Positions 16,201-23,773 are shown, numbered from the stretch's first letter. The stretch is DNA of 64,000 nt from Candidatus Bathyarchaeota archaeon (GCA_016927015.1 JAFGNM010000117.1:29182-93181), one strand, 5' to 3'. Program-made: numbers and translations. Notes: generated by a model not told the origin, from the sequence alone.

Positions 16201-18456
16201 ACGACCCCAATGGGTAGTGAAACGTTCTATTTTGATGTGCTTCCAGCTAGTCTTTCTGATTTCGTAAAGTGGAAGAGTATAAAGCGGCTCGACACAGACT
16301 TCGATGGACTAATAAATACAGCAGAGACTGCCAGTAGTCCTTTGTTATACGATACTGACGGAGATGGCTTGAATGACAAATACGAATTAGACACAGGTAC
16401 TAACCCAAAACTCTTCGATACAGACCAGGATGGATTAAACGACAAGCTTGAGCTAGTTTACGGCACAAACGCAACAGACATCGATACTGACGGCGACGGG
16501 CTTTCAGATTACGCAGAAATTACCGGTTGGATAAGTGTCTTCGACTACGAAGGAAACCAAGTTGTTTTACATGTAACTTCTAACCCGCTACTGCTTGACA
16601 CAGACGTCGATGGTTTGAATGACAACCTCGAATGCTCAAGCAGACTGAATCCGAAATCTAAAGATACTGACGGCGACGGAATTATCGATCAAGAACGAAC
16701 GCCTCCTGACCTGCCCGCATATCTTGTCGATAGTGATGAGGACGGGTTGAACGATAACGCCGAGGAAGTAGGTTGGAACATCGCCTTCACTAACGCAACA
16801 GACACCTACACTCTTACGGTTACGAGTGAGCCTTTGCTGAAAGACACAGATTTTGATGGTCTTACAGATTACCAAGAGTACAATATGTCATCTAACCCCA
16901 GAACCCCAGACACAGACGGCGACGGACTCAATGATTATTTTGAAAATGAATTAGGCACAAACCTTACCTTATTTGATACTGACGGCGACGGACTCGATGA
17001 TGGAACTGAACTAACCTTAAATGGCAGCCCAACAAGCAGCGATACTGACGGCGACGGATTGCTTGACCTTGACGAAATCAATTTAGGCACAGACTTGGGA
17101 AATAACGATACCGATTCAGACAAGCTCAATGACTTACAAGAGGTCCTATTTGGGTCTGATCCGACTTTGCCTGATACAGATGATGATTTATTGTTCGACA
17201 GTCAAGAATTCATTTTAGGCACTGACCCAACGTGTAATGACTCCGACACCGACGGTCTTCTCGACGGTTGGGAAATTATTTATGAGACTAACCCCTTGAA
17301 CAATGACTCCGACAACGACCTCGTTCTGGATGGAGAAGAGATCAAGTGGGGTCTGAATCCAACGTCGAATGACACCGACGTTGACGAGCTCCTGGATGGT
17401 ATCGAACTGCAACTGGGCACGGATCCCCGCAACCCTGACACCGACTTTGACGGATTACTTGACTCTGAAGATCCTGACACTTACGTTCCAAATGTGAAAC
17501 AGGTTGTCCTCGCCTTCGACTACAACTCGGATCCCACCGAATTCATAACGAACCTTTCATTGTACACCAATGTCACCGTTGTTTCACCTGAAGAGTTGCT
17601 CGAAAACTATTCAGGTGCCCCATACATTGTCCTGGTGGGCAGACCCAACACCGAGAACGGAACAGTTGGCAACATAATTTACAATCTCTTGCAGGATTCC
17701 GGAGAAGTCCTCGCAAACATGACAGAATCAGACGCTTATAGGTTTGCCATCCGTTATGGAGTATGGAACAACACACAGACTGTACTGACTCTTTCACAGC
17801 CCTATTTTGCAGATCACTTCAGAGTACTTGAAATTCTAAAAAGCAAAAACGTAACAATCCTGCCTGACTCTCTGACTGTTGACTACCAAATTCTTGCTGC
17901 CCCCGGATGCGACGTGGGCAATTACTCGATTTACTTCATCACAGACGAAATGGACATGGTTAAGACAACAGACTCTGTAATAGCAGTTGGCCTCGATGAG
18001 TCAGTAAAGCCTAGTGTTCAGATTAACAGATACAACGACACAACTACATCACATGTTCTGACCTATTGTTCTGGATTATCATGCTCCGAAAAAGCTGTTG
18101 GAAGGTATCTGGAAATAAAAGTAAGTGAAAACGTTCAGAACGCAACCAACGACAATCTCACAGCCGCTCTGATTCAAATCTACTATACAAAGGATGACTT
18201 GGATACAAACGGTGACGGAGACATAGATGATCCGGAAGATTTAGACGAGACTACTTTGGTGCTGTACTACTTCAGTGAGCATTTAGGTAAATGGACAAAA
18301 ATTGGCACGAACTTGGATTGGGTTATGGATATCGGAGTCAACTCTACAAATGTTGAGGTTTACGGCACGCAGTATGAAGGCTACATATGGGCTTATGTTA
18401 CGCAATTGCCTCCCTTCTATGCGATTGCGGGGAAGGAAATCGGGCAGGGCTGCTAA
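13210..18456 (+). CDS. giant (1748 aa) secreted or membrane-embedded protein with thrombospondin type-3-like Ca-binding repeats, a fascin-like beta-trefoil and an internal TM cluster
   Basis: N-terminal hydrophobic signal WVCAVLGIFLILLLCGTEAIA. DxDxDGxxDxxE repeats occur at about nt 13420-13690 and 16285-17470. A threefold NGKYISV/NGLYLSV/NKKYLTV repeat (14110-14440) is typical of fascin-type trefoils. Hydrophobic helices lie at about 15400-15630. The start may be the ATG at 13222. Confidence 0.85.
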   Translation: MFPTMYRGGEVLNKWVCAVLGIFLILLLCGTEAIAPFENFINADLPQSQTSTGLKSVVESLTAYTSPQDQVDSDGDGIYDRVEVVIGTDLNNTDSDFDQLTDSYEIDNDLDPLSPDSNNDGLADYYEVTDVLSLDVDGDNVPNAWDFDNDGDGVDDGLDLSPFAKSTINKSFHFDIATNGLPTYITFQLRPQNPEYLKLVNQFWNWPTDKEGIMKDLDNSMEDVQVVPMLNLSANIIPEESEVINYGITTESNQAYVPLYSVAEFGNVVAFSGKMFYPLGPSLNLSMNAELIWQVIGKSDVNTTALLAQNGKYISVFGSGTVVANSSEISIGETLQWVDLGANTAAFRAFNGLYLSVADNGAIVANASEIGDREMFELSDNAGGRTALKAYNKKYLTVNSDGTLAASGTGKKWNYYYKRWVSYSDFKMAKTDVLSENLVLATYKEPFMLTGLTVEENYGSSFGLFFSHDKNQTIAANILLAYNFLRNSTTQLSEMPAILAEYDSEVFSQIDWFGHKDEALISLATEAMPNVLNSLHAGAGSQILPIITSMEDHFASLDMAQLISGSYVMGSYCNATLNYEPVVTSKSLKVDLYNTTSYEALEIDEIMVEVEQWEQDEEASFQLMSMIAAWNAGEQFITSVGSNKTEFDFFGDYLNIFKDVAKYGFKTFKAYSQAFRGYEAYRIVSSTLTKLTKQGWSIGGKTLSSMFKVWKANFKRIGSAKTGTFAAFKRIGYVLDMVGALLETGIALYSLFQILDSGLTPMGLNTALLKLLMTYFYSMTLAMIGVIPVVGWLISLAIALSDLIGNWSEKLFNAILAAMTKVTAQVDPSISLAGEPSLSIIDKDGNGLDVGDRIEYYARMIGKVSSWDSWCLSSSYIHPYVKIVNPAGTNSTVEPFSETLWGFMAKDLGKKGNDIWLWLPIPPKSTWNVTSGPGWRAQEYDVGGWIEPGIAMPNFPVTVQTYAEYELAYKWKHFVFLVFYGFWCHHKGRNAGIMKSQTTPMGSETFYFDVLPASLSDFVKWKSIKRLDTDFDGLINTAETASSPLLYDTDGDGLNDKYELDTGTNPKLFDTDQDGLNDKLELVYGTNATDIDTDGDGLSDYAEITGWISVFDYEGNQVVLHVTSNPLLLDTDVDGLNDNLECSSRLNPKSKDTDGDGIIDQERTPPDLPAYLVDSDEDGLNDNAEEVGWNIAFTNATDTYTLTVTSEPLLKDTDFDGLTDYQEYNMSSNPRTPDTDGDGLNDYFENELGTNLTLFDTDGDGLDDGTELTLNGSPTSSDTDGDGLLDLDEINLGTDLGNNDTDSDKLNDLQEVLFGSDPTLPDTDDDLLFDSQEFILGTDPTCNDSDTDGLLDGWEIIYETNPLNNDSDNDLVLDGEEIKWGLNPTSNDTDVDELLDGIELQLGTDPRNPDTDFDGLLDSEDPDTYVPNVKQVVLAFDYNSDPTEFITNLSLYTNVTVVSPEELLENYSGAPYIVLVGRPNTENGTVGNIIYNLLQDSGEVLANMTESDAYRFAIRYGVWNNTQTVLTLSQPYFADHFRVLEILKSKNVTILPDSLTVDYQILAAPGCDVGNYSIYFITDEMDMVKTTDSVIAVGLDESVKPSVQINRYNDTTTSHVLTYCSGLSCSEKAVGRYLEIKVSENVQNATNDNLTAALIQIYYTKDDLDTNGDGDIDDPEDLDETTLVLYYFSEHLGKWTKIGTNLDWVMDIGVNSTNVEVYGTQYEGYIWAYVTQLPPFYAIAGKEIGQGC
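16285..17470 (+). repeat. array of about 20 TSP3-like calcium-binding repeat units inside the giant ORF
   Basis: Recurrent DTDGDGL(N/S/D)D peptide units. DNA-level near-repeats such as gatactgacggcgacgga(c/t)t occur near 16670, 16910, 16975 and 17040. Confidence 0.85.
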
Positions 18457-18459
18457 AAA

Positions 18460-20184
18460 ATGAAAAAGATTAAACGCATATGCATTCTATCGATTACTCT
18501 TCTACTTCTGCTTTTGGTGTCAGCAATGTCTGCACAAAGTGAAACCGCGCCTCCAACAGGGTTAAACTCACTTTTTTACACGCCAAATGGGACTATTTTG
18601 CTCAGTTACAGCAATAACACATATTTTGTTGTTAAAGACTCCCTCGGCGTTATCTCTTGGAACGGCACACTAGACAAAGGAACCATTATGCAATTACCTC
18701 TCGAAGCTGGGATCTACTCAGTTAGCGCCTCTAAACCTTACACGCTACTTGTTGGTGCTCCCCAAACAGAAAGTGTAGTCGGCTATTTTGCAATTGACGC
18801 AAATGGCAAAGGAACGAGCAAAGATTTATACTCGTACATACCGCCTCCTGATCCTTTGTATGCTGGCAACAGGTTCATTATTTTTTCTTACGAAGAAGAT
18901 ACTAATGTTACCGTAACAGATGTAAATACTGACGCCGTTCTGTGGCAAGGAATTCTCAACGAGAGCCAGCACTTCAGTCAAGACCTAAACAATTCTACAT
19001 GGCAGAACAAAACTGTTCACGTAGAATGCAATAAGCCAGTTTCAGCACTGTGCTACCTTGACCAAGGCTTTATCGTGCCTTCATCTACCGGACTTTTTAC
19101 CGGGAATCTGTTCTACGCTTTCGCTAGTAACATTACCAACGGCAACAACGACCTAAATGTAATTGGGTACCATGACAACACTGAGATTACCATAACCAAC
19201 ACGATTTCGCAGGCTCTAATCTGGAACGGAACCCTACACACCGGAGAAGTTCACAGCGAAGTTTTCGCAAAACCCACTTATCTGACTGTTGAGAGCAACC
19301 AAAGCGTTGCCGTAACAGTTGATCCATACCCAACTTGGCCAATAATGTATCAAGCAGCATTGTACGCATCAGACGTCAATGGAAACTTTATTGGAAACCA
19401 ATTCTTTGCTACAGCAAGAGGAGGCGGATACCTCCGCATTTTAGCCTACGCAAATGACACTAATGTGAGCGTGACGGATCAAACAACGTCTACCTTGCTT
19501 TGGAATGGAACATTGAATAGAATGGAGTCATATACAGGACCGACGTCGCATACAGTTTATAAAATTACGAGTGACAAGTATGTTTCAGTGCTGGAAGGAT
19601 ATGGTGGATGGAGCTCCGCATTCGCCCCCTTATACTACACAATTGACACGCAGCCACCAACAATAGGCACACCTATCCATGTGCCGCAAAATCCTACAGC
19701 AACACAAGATGTTCAAGTAAATGTGGACGTGATTGATGACATGAGCGGGGTCCAAATGGTAATTCTCTCTCACAGTGATGACACATTATGGCAAAACATC
19801 ACTATGACGTGGAGCGGAGGAAACACTTACACTGCAAACATAACCACGCTCCCTTCTCAGACACAACTGAAATACAAACTCATCGCATATGACAACCTTA
19901 ACAACACAGCGACAAGCAGCCAAACAACCCTAACAGTCACCCCTCAACCTTCCCCAACACCTTCACCTACACCAAGTTCATCGCCCTCTCCTACCCCATC
20001 ACCTTCTCCTACTTCATCTCCAAGTCCCTCGCCTTCTCCTTCTCCGAGTATCTCGCCGTCGGCGCCACCATCAAAACCTTTTACCATGGAGCCTTTCTCT
20101 GTGCTGTTTATTGTAGCGGGTATAGTAATAGTAGCTTTGGTTGCAATGGGTCTCAGGCTATACTTCAAGAAACGTAATCAGTGA
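18460..20184 (+). CDS. secreted surface protein with four internal beta-domain repeats, a Pro/Ser/Thr linker and a C-terminal TM anchor
   Basis: Signal peptide ILSITLLLLLLVSAMSAQS. Repeats are marked by ISWNGTL, LWQGIL, IWNGTL and LWNGTL. The linker is PSPTPSPTPSSSPSPTPSPSPTSSPSPSPSPSPS. The tail is a terminal hydrophobic helix followed by KKRNQ. Confidence 0.8.
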   Translation: MKKIKRICILSITLLLLLLVSAMSAQSETAPPTGLNSLFYTPNGTILLSYSNNTYFVVKDSLGVISWNGTLDKGTIMQLPLEAGIYSVSASKPYTLLVGAPQTESVVGYFAIDANGKGTSKDLYSYIPPPDPLYAGNRFIIFSYEEDTNVTVTDVNTDAVLWQGILNESQHFSQDLNNSTWQNKTVHVECNKPVSALCYLDQGFIVPSSTGLFTGNLFYAFASNITNGNNDLNVIGYHDNTEITITNTISQALIWNGTLHTGEVHSEVFAKPTYLTVESNQSVAVTVDPYPTWPIMYQAALYASDVNGNFIGNQFFATARGGGYLRILAYANDTNVSVTDQTTSTLLWNGTLNRMESYTGPTSHTVYKITSDKYVSVLEGYGGWSSAFAPLYYTIDTQPPTIGTPIHVPQNPTATQDVQVNVDVIDDMSGVQMVILSHSDDTLWQNITMTWSGGNTYTANITTLPSQTQLKYKLIAYDNLNNTATSSQTTLTVTPQPSPTPSPTPSSSPSPTPSPSPTSSPSPSPSPSPSISPSAPPSKPFTMEPFSVLFIVAGIVIVALVAMGLRLYFKKRNQ

Positions 20185-20361
20185 ACTGAAAAGTTCATCA
20201 TTTTCGCTTCCTACTTCTTTAGGGGACGTTTGAATTTAAACCGACGACCTTCACCTGGAAAAAGCATGTAAGACAGGTACTATATTGTAACCTACTAAAT
20301 CGAATGTATGCAAAATCAGCAGAAGAAGAAAATGTGGCTCTCACGAATTCCCTCATTTTTA

Positions 20362-20397
20362 CTAGTAAATTGGGGTTCGAATCCCTTCCCCGGAGCT
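20362..20397 (+). repeat. tRNA 3-prime-end-like fragment, copy 2
   Basis: ATTGGGGTTCGAATCCCTTCCCCGG at 20369-20393, in the same orientation as copy 1. The flanks are also partly similar (CTAgTAa / CTAtTAg upstream, xGCT downstream). Confidence 0.7.
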
Positions 20398-20546
20398 AAT
20401 CTCTATGATTTGGCGCCTATTTTGACAGTATTTTAAAAAGCTCCTTTTATAAAGGGGTGAAAATTCAGAACTTTACCCCTGTGCAAGGGGCAAAACCCTT
20501 ATAGGACCACTTCTTGTCTCTTTGCTAAAGTTTGTATTTGGTTCAA

Positions 20547-22016
20547 TCATCTTGGGACCACGACAAGGAATGGTTCTGGTTCTGCTTCTTTGCTTGCATA
20601 ACACGCTAAGGCTAAAGCGAAAAGCTGATCATCATGCCTGCCCCGTGGATGGCGAAACTTTATGTGTATGCGCTCTTGAGCAGTGTTTGGCTTCAGATAC
20701 TCGTATTGCTGCTCGTTGATTTGAGCGATTAACTGTTTGTCTTCGCCTCGGATGCGGAGCTGTTTTTTCTCCATTAGCAGTTTCATATAGTTCAGCATGT
20801 TTTCCTTCTCAGCGTCGGTGAAGAATACGCCTTTAATGTTTGGAATGTCTAAGTTTTCCAACTCGTCTACTATAGCGTCGCCTATTCCTGTCTTGTCTAC
20901 GTAGATGCCTTCAAGGTCAAGGGTTTGGTGAGTTCTTGCTACATAGGCGATGACTTCTGGGTAAGGCGTACCCAAAGGAAACTCTCGTTTATGCACCAAG
21001 CGGACCAAGTTGTTATCGGTTAGCTCTGCTATGGCTAAGACGCTGTGGTCTACCTGTTTGCCTAAGTCTAAACCAGCAAAGTACTTGCGACGGAGTTGTG
21101 TGGGTTTTACGTGTTCTATGTCTTCGATGTACTGGTTTGGTGAAGCTGGATTATCAAGCTCTGGGTCGATGCAGGTTGCTATGAGGTCCAGTGGGAAGAA
21201 CGTTTGTGTTGATTCTATCCATAGTGCTTCGACTTCTCTTTGCCATTCTTCTCGGGTCATCATGTCGCGCCATTCTGCAAGTTGCTGCTCGCTTACGAGT
21301 GGGCTGGTGTTGCTTGGGTAGTGGTGTACGGAGTAGCGTTTTTGGTCTAGGAAGGCTTTGTGGAAGACGTGTTCGAACGCCATCGGGGTTCCGCTCATGA
21401 TTAGTGCAGCGTTGGGTTTTGTAAGCATCATTAGTATTTCGCTTGTTATCATTTCGCTGGGGATGATGCTTGCTTCATCTAAGAATATGTAGTCCGGGTG
21501 GTAGCCCCTGAGCTTGTTTGGAGAGCACGGCAGCGCCACGAGTTTGCCGTTTAATGGAGATTTAAGCTTGATCGTGGTGCGTGAAGTTCCTGGTCGCTGG
21601 AGCATCTCGCGCATGAGCGGGTTTACTGTAGCGGTGGTGTAGCAGTAGTCAAACATTATCATGCTTTGGCGTTGGGTGCTGCTTATGATGAGGCTTTCGA
21701 TGTCGGGTTTGGTGTAGAGAAGCCAGAGGTTCTTTCGGCTGAAAACAAGGCTTTTTCCCCAGCCTCTTCCGCAAACGGCTACTTGTCTTGGTTGCGGGTC
21801 TCGCAGAAGTTTCTGGTGGTCTGGCGCGTTGATTAGCCATTTGTCGCCGCACATCAGCACTGCGAAGAAGACGGGGTCTTCAACGAGTTTGCGTGTTACT
21901 TCCGTGTGGGCGATTAGCTGTTTGAAGGCTTTGGGACGCTGCTTTAGCCCGCTATATGCTTGGGCTGCGAATGTCCAGTCGCTTAGGACTTTTTGTACGA
22001 AAGCCGCCTCTTCCAT
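20547..22016 (-). CDS. terL: terminase large subunit (ATPase plus RNase-H-like nuclease)
   Basis: 489 aa. Walker A is CGRGWGKS, Walker B is PDYIFLDEAS, and the coupling motif is SGTP. The C-terminal nuclease acidic motifs are AGLDLGKQVDHSV, VDKTGIGD and GRHDDQ. Confidence 0.85.
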   Translation of the reverse strand: MEEAAFVQKVLSDWTFAAQAYSGLKQRPKAFKQLIAHTEVTRKLVEDPVFFAVLMCGDKWLINAPDHQKLLRDPQPRQVAVCGRGWGKSLVFSRKNLWLLYTKPDIESLIISSTQRQSMIMFDYCYTTATVNPLMREMLQRPGTSRTTIKLKSPLNGKLVALPCSPNKLRGYHPDYIFLDEASIIPSEMITSEILMMLTKPNAALIMSGTPMAFEHVFHKAFLDQKRYSVHHYPSNTSPLVSEQQLAEWRDMMTREEWQREVEALWIESTQTFFPLDLIATCIDPELDNPASPNQYIEDIEHVKPTQLRRKYFAGLDLGKQVDHSVLAIAELTDNNLVRLVHKREFPLGTPYPEVIAYVARTHQTLDLEGIYVDKTGIGDAIVDELENLDIPNIKGVFFTDAEKENMLNYMKLLMEKKQLRIRGEDKQLIAQINEQQYEYLKPNTAQERIHIKFRHPRGRHDDQLFALALACYASKEAEPEPFLVVVPR

Positions 22017-22321
22017 ACTCTGAAGTCACGCCTAAAACGCGTGGCGATTCTGGGTTCCACGCCTCTCACGTAGTCGCCTAGGTTTTGTTCCTCAAACTGT
22101 TCTTTATCGCCGTTCTGCGTTACCATCTTATTCAAAGTGTTCACGTGATAAGCGAGGACGCTAGCCGTGCGAAGCCGCTCAGTCAAGGTGAGGTCTGGGT
22201 CTTTCAGCATTTTTCGCAGTTCGTTTATGATTTCCCTTTCCATAAGGATCAGGTCTTCACGACTTAACAGTTTTTTTATTTGATCTTTTTTTCCCTCATT
22301 TTTGTTATTCATAATGTTCAC
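21983..22321 (-). CDS. hypothetical protein in the small-terminase position
   Basis: 112-aa helical, charged ORF that overlaps the terL start by 34 nt. Only the position suggests TerS. No motif was recognised. Confidence 0.4.
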   Translation of the reverse strand: MNIMNNKNEGKKDQIKKLLSREDLILMEREIINELRKMLKDPDLTLTERLRTASVLAYHVNTLNKMVTQNGDKEQFEEQNLGDYVRGVEPRIATRFRRDFRVWKRRLSYKKS

Positions 22322-22483
22322 GTGATTGTACCTTGAGTGTAAGTTGTATAGTATCAGCTTAAAGGCAGTTGACGTTATAAGAATTATTGTTATTTTCTAG
22401 TAGTTTTCTAATAACAGTTTTTTAAAATATGTTATTTTTTAAGGTGTGCAGGAAATGTTTTTGGTCGACTTTAGACGGATTGT

Positions 22484-22708
22484 TTATTTTTCTCTGATGA
22501 GTTTCAGGAATTCCTCTTTTGTCAAACCTGCCTCCGCGATGATTTCCATTAGTAATCCTCTTTTTATTTCTCTGTGTTTGGGAACAGGTATTATGTTTTC
22601 GTTTTTGGTGAGAATTAGATGGCTTCCTTTTTGGCGAACAACTTGAAAACCAGCTTTTATGAGAGCTTTTACAACTTTACGCCAAGAGAGCAGAGGGAGC
22701 TTCGACAA
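22484..22708 (-). CDS. hicA: HicA-family mRNA interferase toxin
   Basis: 74 aa. LSWRKVVKALIKAGFQVVRQKGSHLILTK is the classic HicA (YcfA) dsRBD-like signature including GSH. Confidence 0.85.
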   Translation of the reverse strand: MSKLPLLSWRKVVKALIKAGFQVVRQKGSHLILTKNENIIPVPKHREIKRGLLMEIIAEAGLTKEEFLKLIREK

Positions 22709-22910
22709 TTACTTCAGCCTTTTCCCCTTTGACCCTGCGACCTAAGAGTTTTGTTTTAACTTCCAAGTAGCCTTCTATTGCTTCCTTGATGTTTTTTAAT
22801 GCTTCTTCCTTTGTTTCGCCTTGTGTTGCTACCGGTAGCTCAAGACACTTGACTATGAAACCGCCTTCTTCAGCAGGCTCCAAAACAACTGTAAACTTGC
22901 GAGTAACCAT
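22677..22910 (-). CDS. hicB: HicB-family antitoxin (UPF0150)
   Basis: MVTRKFTVVLEPAEEGGFIVKCLELPVATQGETKEEALKNIKEAIEGYLE matches the HicB N-terminal fold pattern. It overlaps hicA. Confidence 0.8.
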   Translation of the reverse strand: MVTRKFTVVLEPAEEGGFIVKCLELPVATQGETKEEALKNIKEAIEGYLEVKTKLLGRRVKGEKAEVIVEAPSALLA

Positions 22911-22955
22911 GTATTTGCACAACCATGGATAAGAGTTTGATGCGGCTATAAGAAC

Positions 22956-23132
22956 TTATCTTAGTGAACTACGATAATATATAATGTTGATGTAGAACCT
23001 TGAGAGTTTATGCAGAAAGTCGTCCCGCTGATTCACAACTTTCTCGTAAGCCCTCGCTAATTTGACTTTCGCCTTAACCCTATTCCGTGAGTCTTTCTTC
23101 TTTCGTGACAGAACTTTGTGCGCTATTAGTAT
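22956..23132 (-). pseudogene. tnpB: relic of an IS200/IS605-family TnpB (OrfB)
   Basis: Hand translation gives ...HKVLSRKKKDSRNRVKAKVKLARAYEKVVNQRDDFLHKLSRFY.... This matches the conserved central TnpB block (RKKKGSKNR..A..K.A.LH.KI.NQR.DF.HK.S). Only about 58 codons are open. Confidence 0.65.
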
Positions 23133-23212
23133 TCCAGAGAGTGTTTATAGAATTTGGCTTGTTTTGTGCTGTGACTTGTAGGGGGACGCTTGCTTGTTGT
23201 CCCGAATTTAGT

Positions 23213-23485
23213 TTATGATTTTTGGATTGTTTTTAGGATGGCAAGAACTCCCGCATTTGCCGCTCTTTTTTCAAGATAATCGTCATCCAGTTTGCCCGCT
23301 TGCCTGACGAGTACGCTTTTCACGTCTTCAGCTTCCAGATAAGCTTGGATTGCTTCCTTGATTCTTTTCATAACTTCATCAAGTGTTTTGGCTTGCGTGT
23401 GGCAACCTGGCAGTTCAGGAACAGAAGCAACATAATAACCCTCTTCATCTTTTTCAACCACTACACCAAACTTCACTATGCTCAC
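23213..23485 (-). CDS. orphan HicB-like antitoxin (UPF0150)
   Basis: 90 aa. FGVVVEKDEEGYYVASVPELPGCHTQAKTLDEVMKRIKEAIQAYLE matches the family pattern. There is no adjacent hicA. Confidence 0.75.
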   Translation of the reverse strand: MSIVKFGVVVEKDEEGYYVASVPELPGCHTQAKTLDEVMKRIKEAIQAYLEAEDVKSVLVRQAGKLDDDYLEKRAANAGVLAILKTIQKS

Positions 23486-23518
23486 CAGATTATATTATGC
23501 ATAAGGAACTATTACTAA

Positions 23519-23728
23519 AGCATTCCCAAAAAACCAGTTCTATGGCGGGCGGGGAGGTATTTGCACCCTCTGGACTTACGCTTATGCTGGGAAGACTCCT
23601 ACGGGAGAATAGACAAAAGCGGGCGCATAACCATATCCAAACTAACCCTTAGCCCGATGCAGAGCAGAGCACACGACCAACAAAGCTTAACGGGTGCGGT
23701 GATGGAGGTAACGCTTGAGCCTGCATGA
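23519..23728 (+). pseudogene. 5-prime-truncated copy of the AbrB/SpoVT-like gene found intact at 25711-26013
   Basis: The frame ends ...YGRIDKSGRITISKLTLSPMQSRAHDQQSLTGAVMEVTLEPA*. The last 126 aligned nt are about 79 percent identical (99/126 by hand count, plus one codon indel) to 25888-26013. There is no start codon and the first AbrB half is missing. Confidence 0.6.
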
Positions 23729-23773
23729 AAAACAAAGAAGACAGCAACAGGCAGGCATAAGGAGAAGTTTTTT

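Larger units (their letters stand above)
20398..23150. mobile_element. degraded provirus / mobile-element remnant region (terminase pair, hicAB, TnpB relic)
   Basis: It starts at the tRNA-fragment copy. It contains a Caudoviricetes-type large terminase but no portal, capsid or integrase gene. It ends near an IS200/IS605 TnpB fragment. Confidence 0.45.

Noticed and set aside
19940-20075. Short-period DNA repeats (ccttctcct-like) that could be mistaken for a repeat array
   Set aside because: They encode the in-frame Pro/Ser/Thr linker of the 574-aa protein. The antisense ORF 19944-20168 is a shadow. This is not a CRISPR or a satellite.
20425-20500. Overlapping GGGG/CCCC hairpins (AGGGGT...ACCCCT, CCCCTGTGCAAGGGG, AAGGGGCAAAACCCTT) between the tRNA fragment and terL
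   Set aside because: They are most simply a structured 3-prime region or terminator for terL on the minus strand, since T-runs follow on that strand. There is no evidence for a cos/pac site or an ncRNA from sequence alone.
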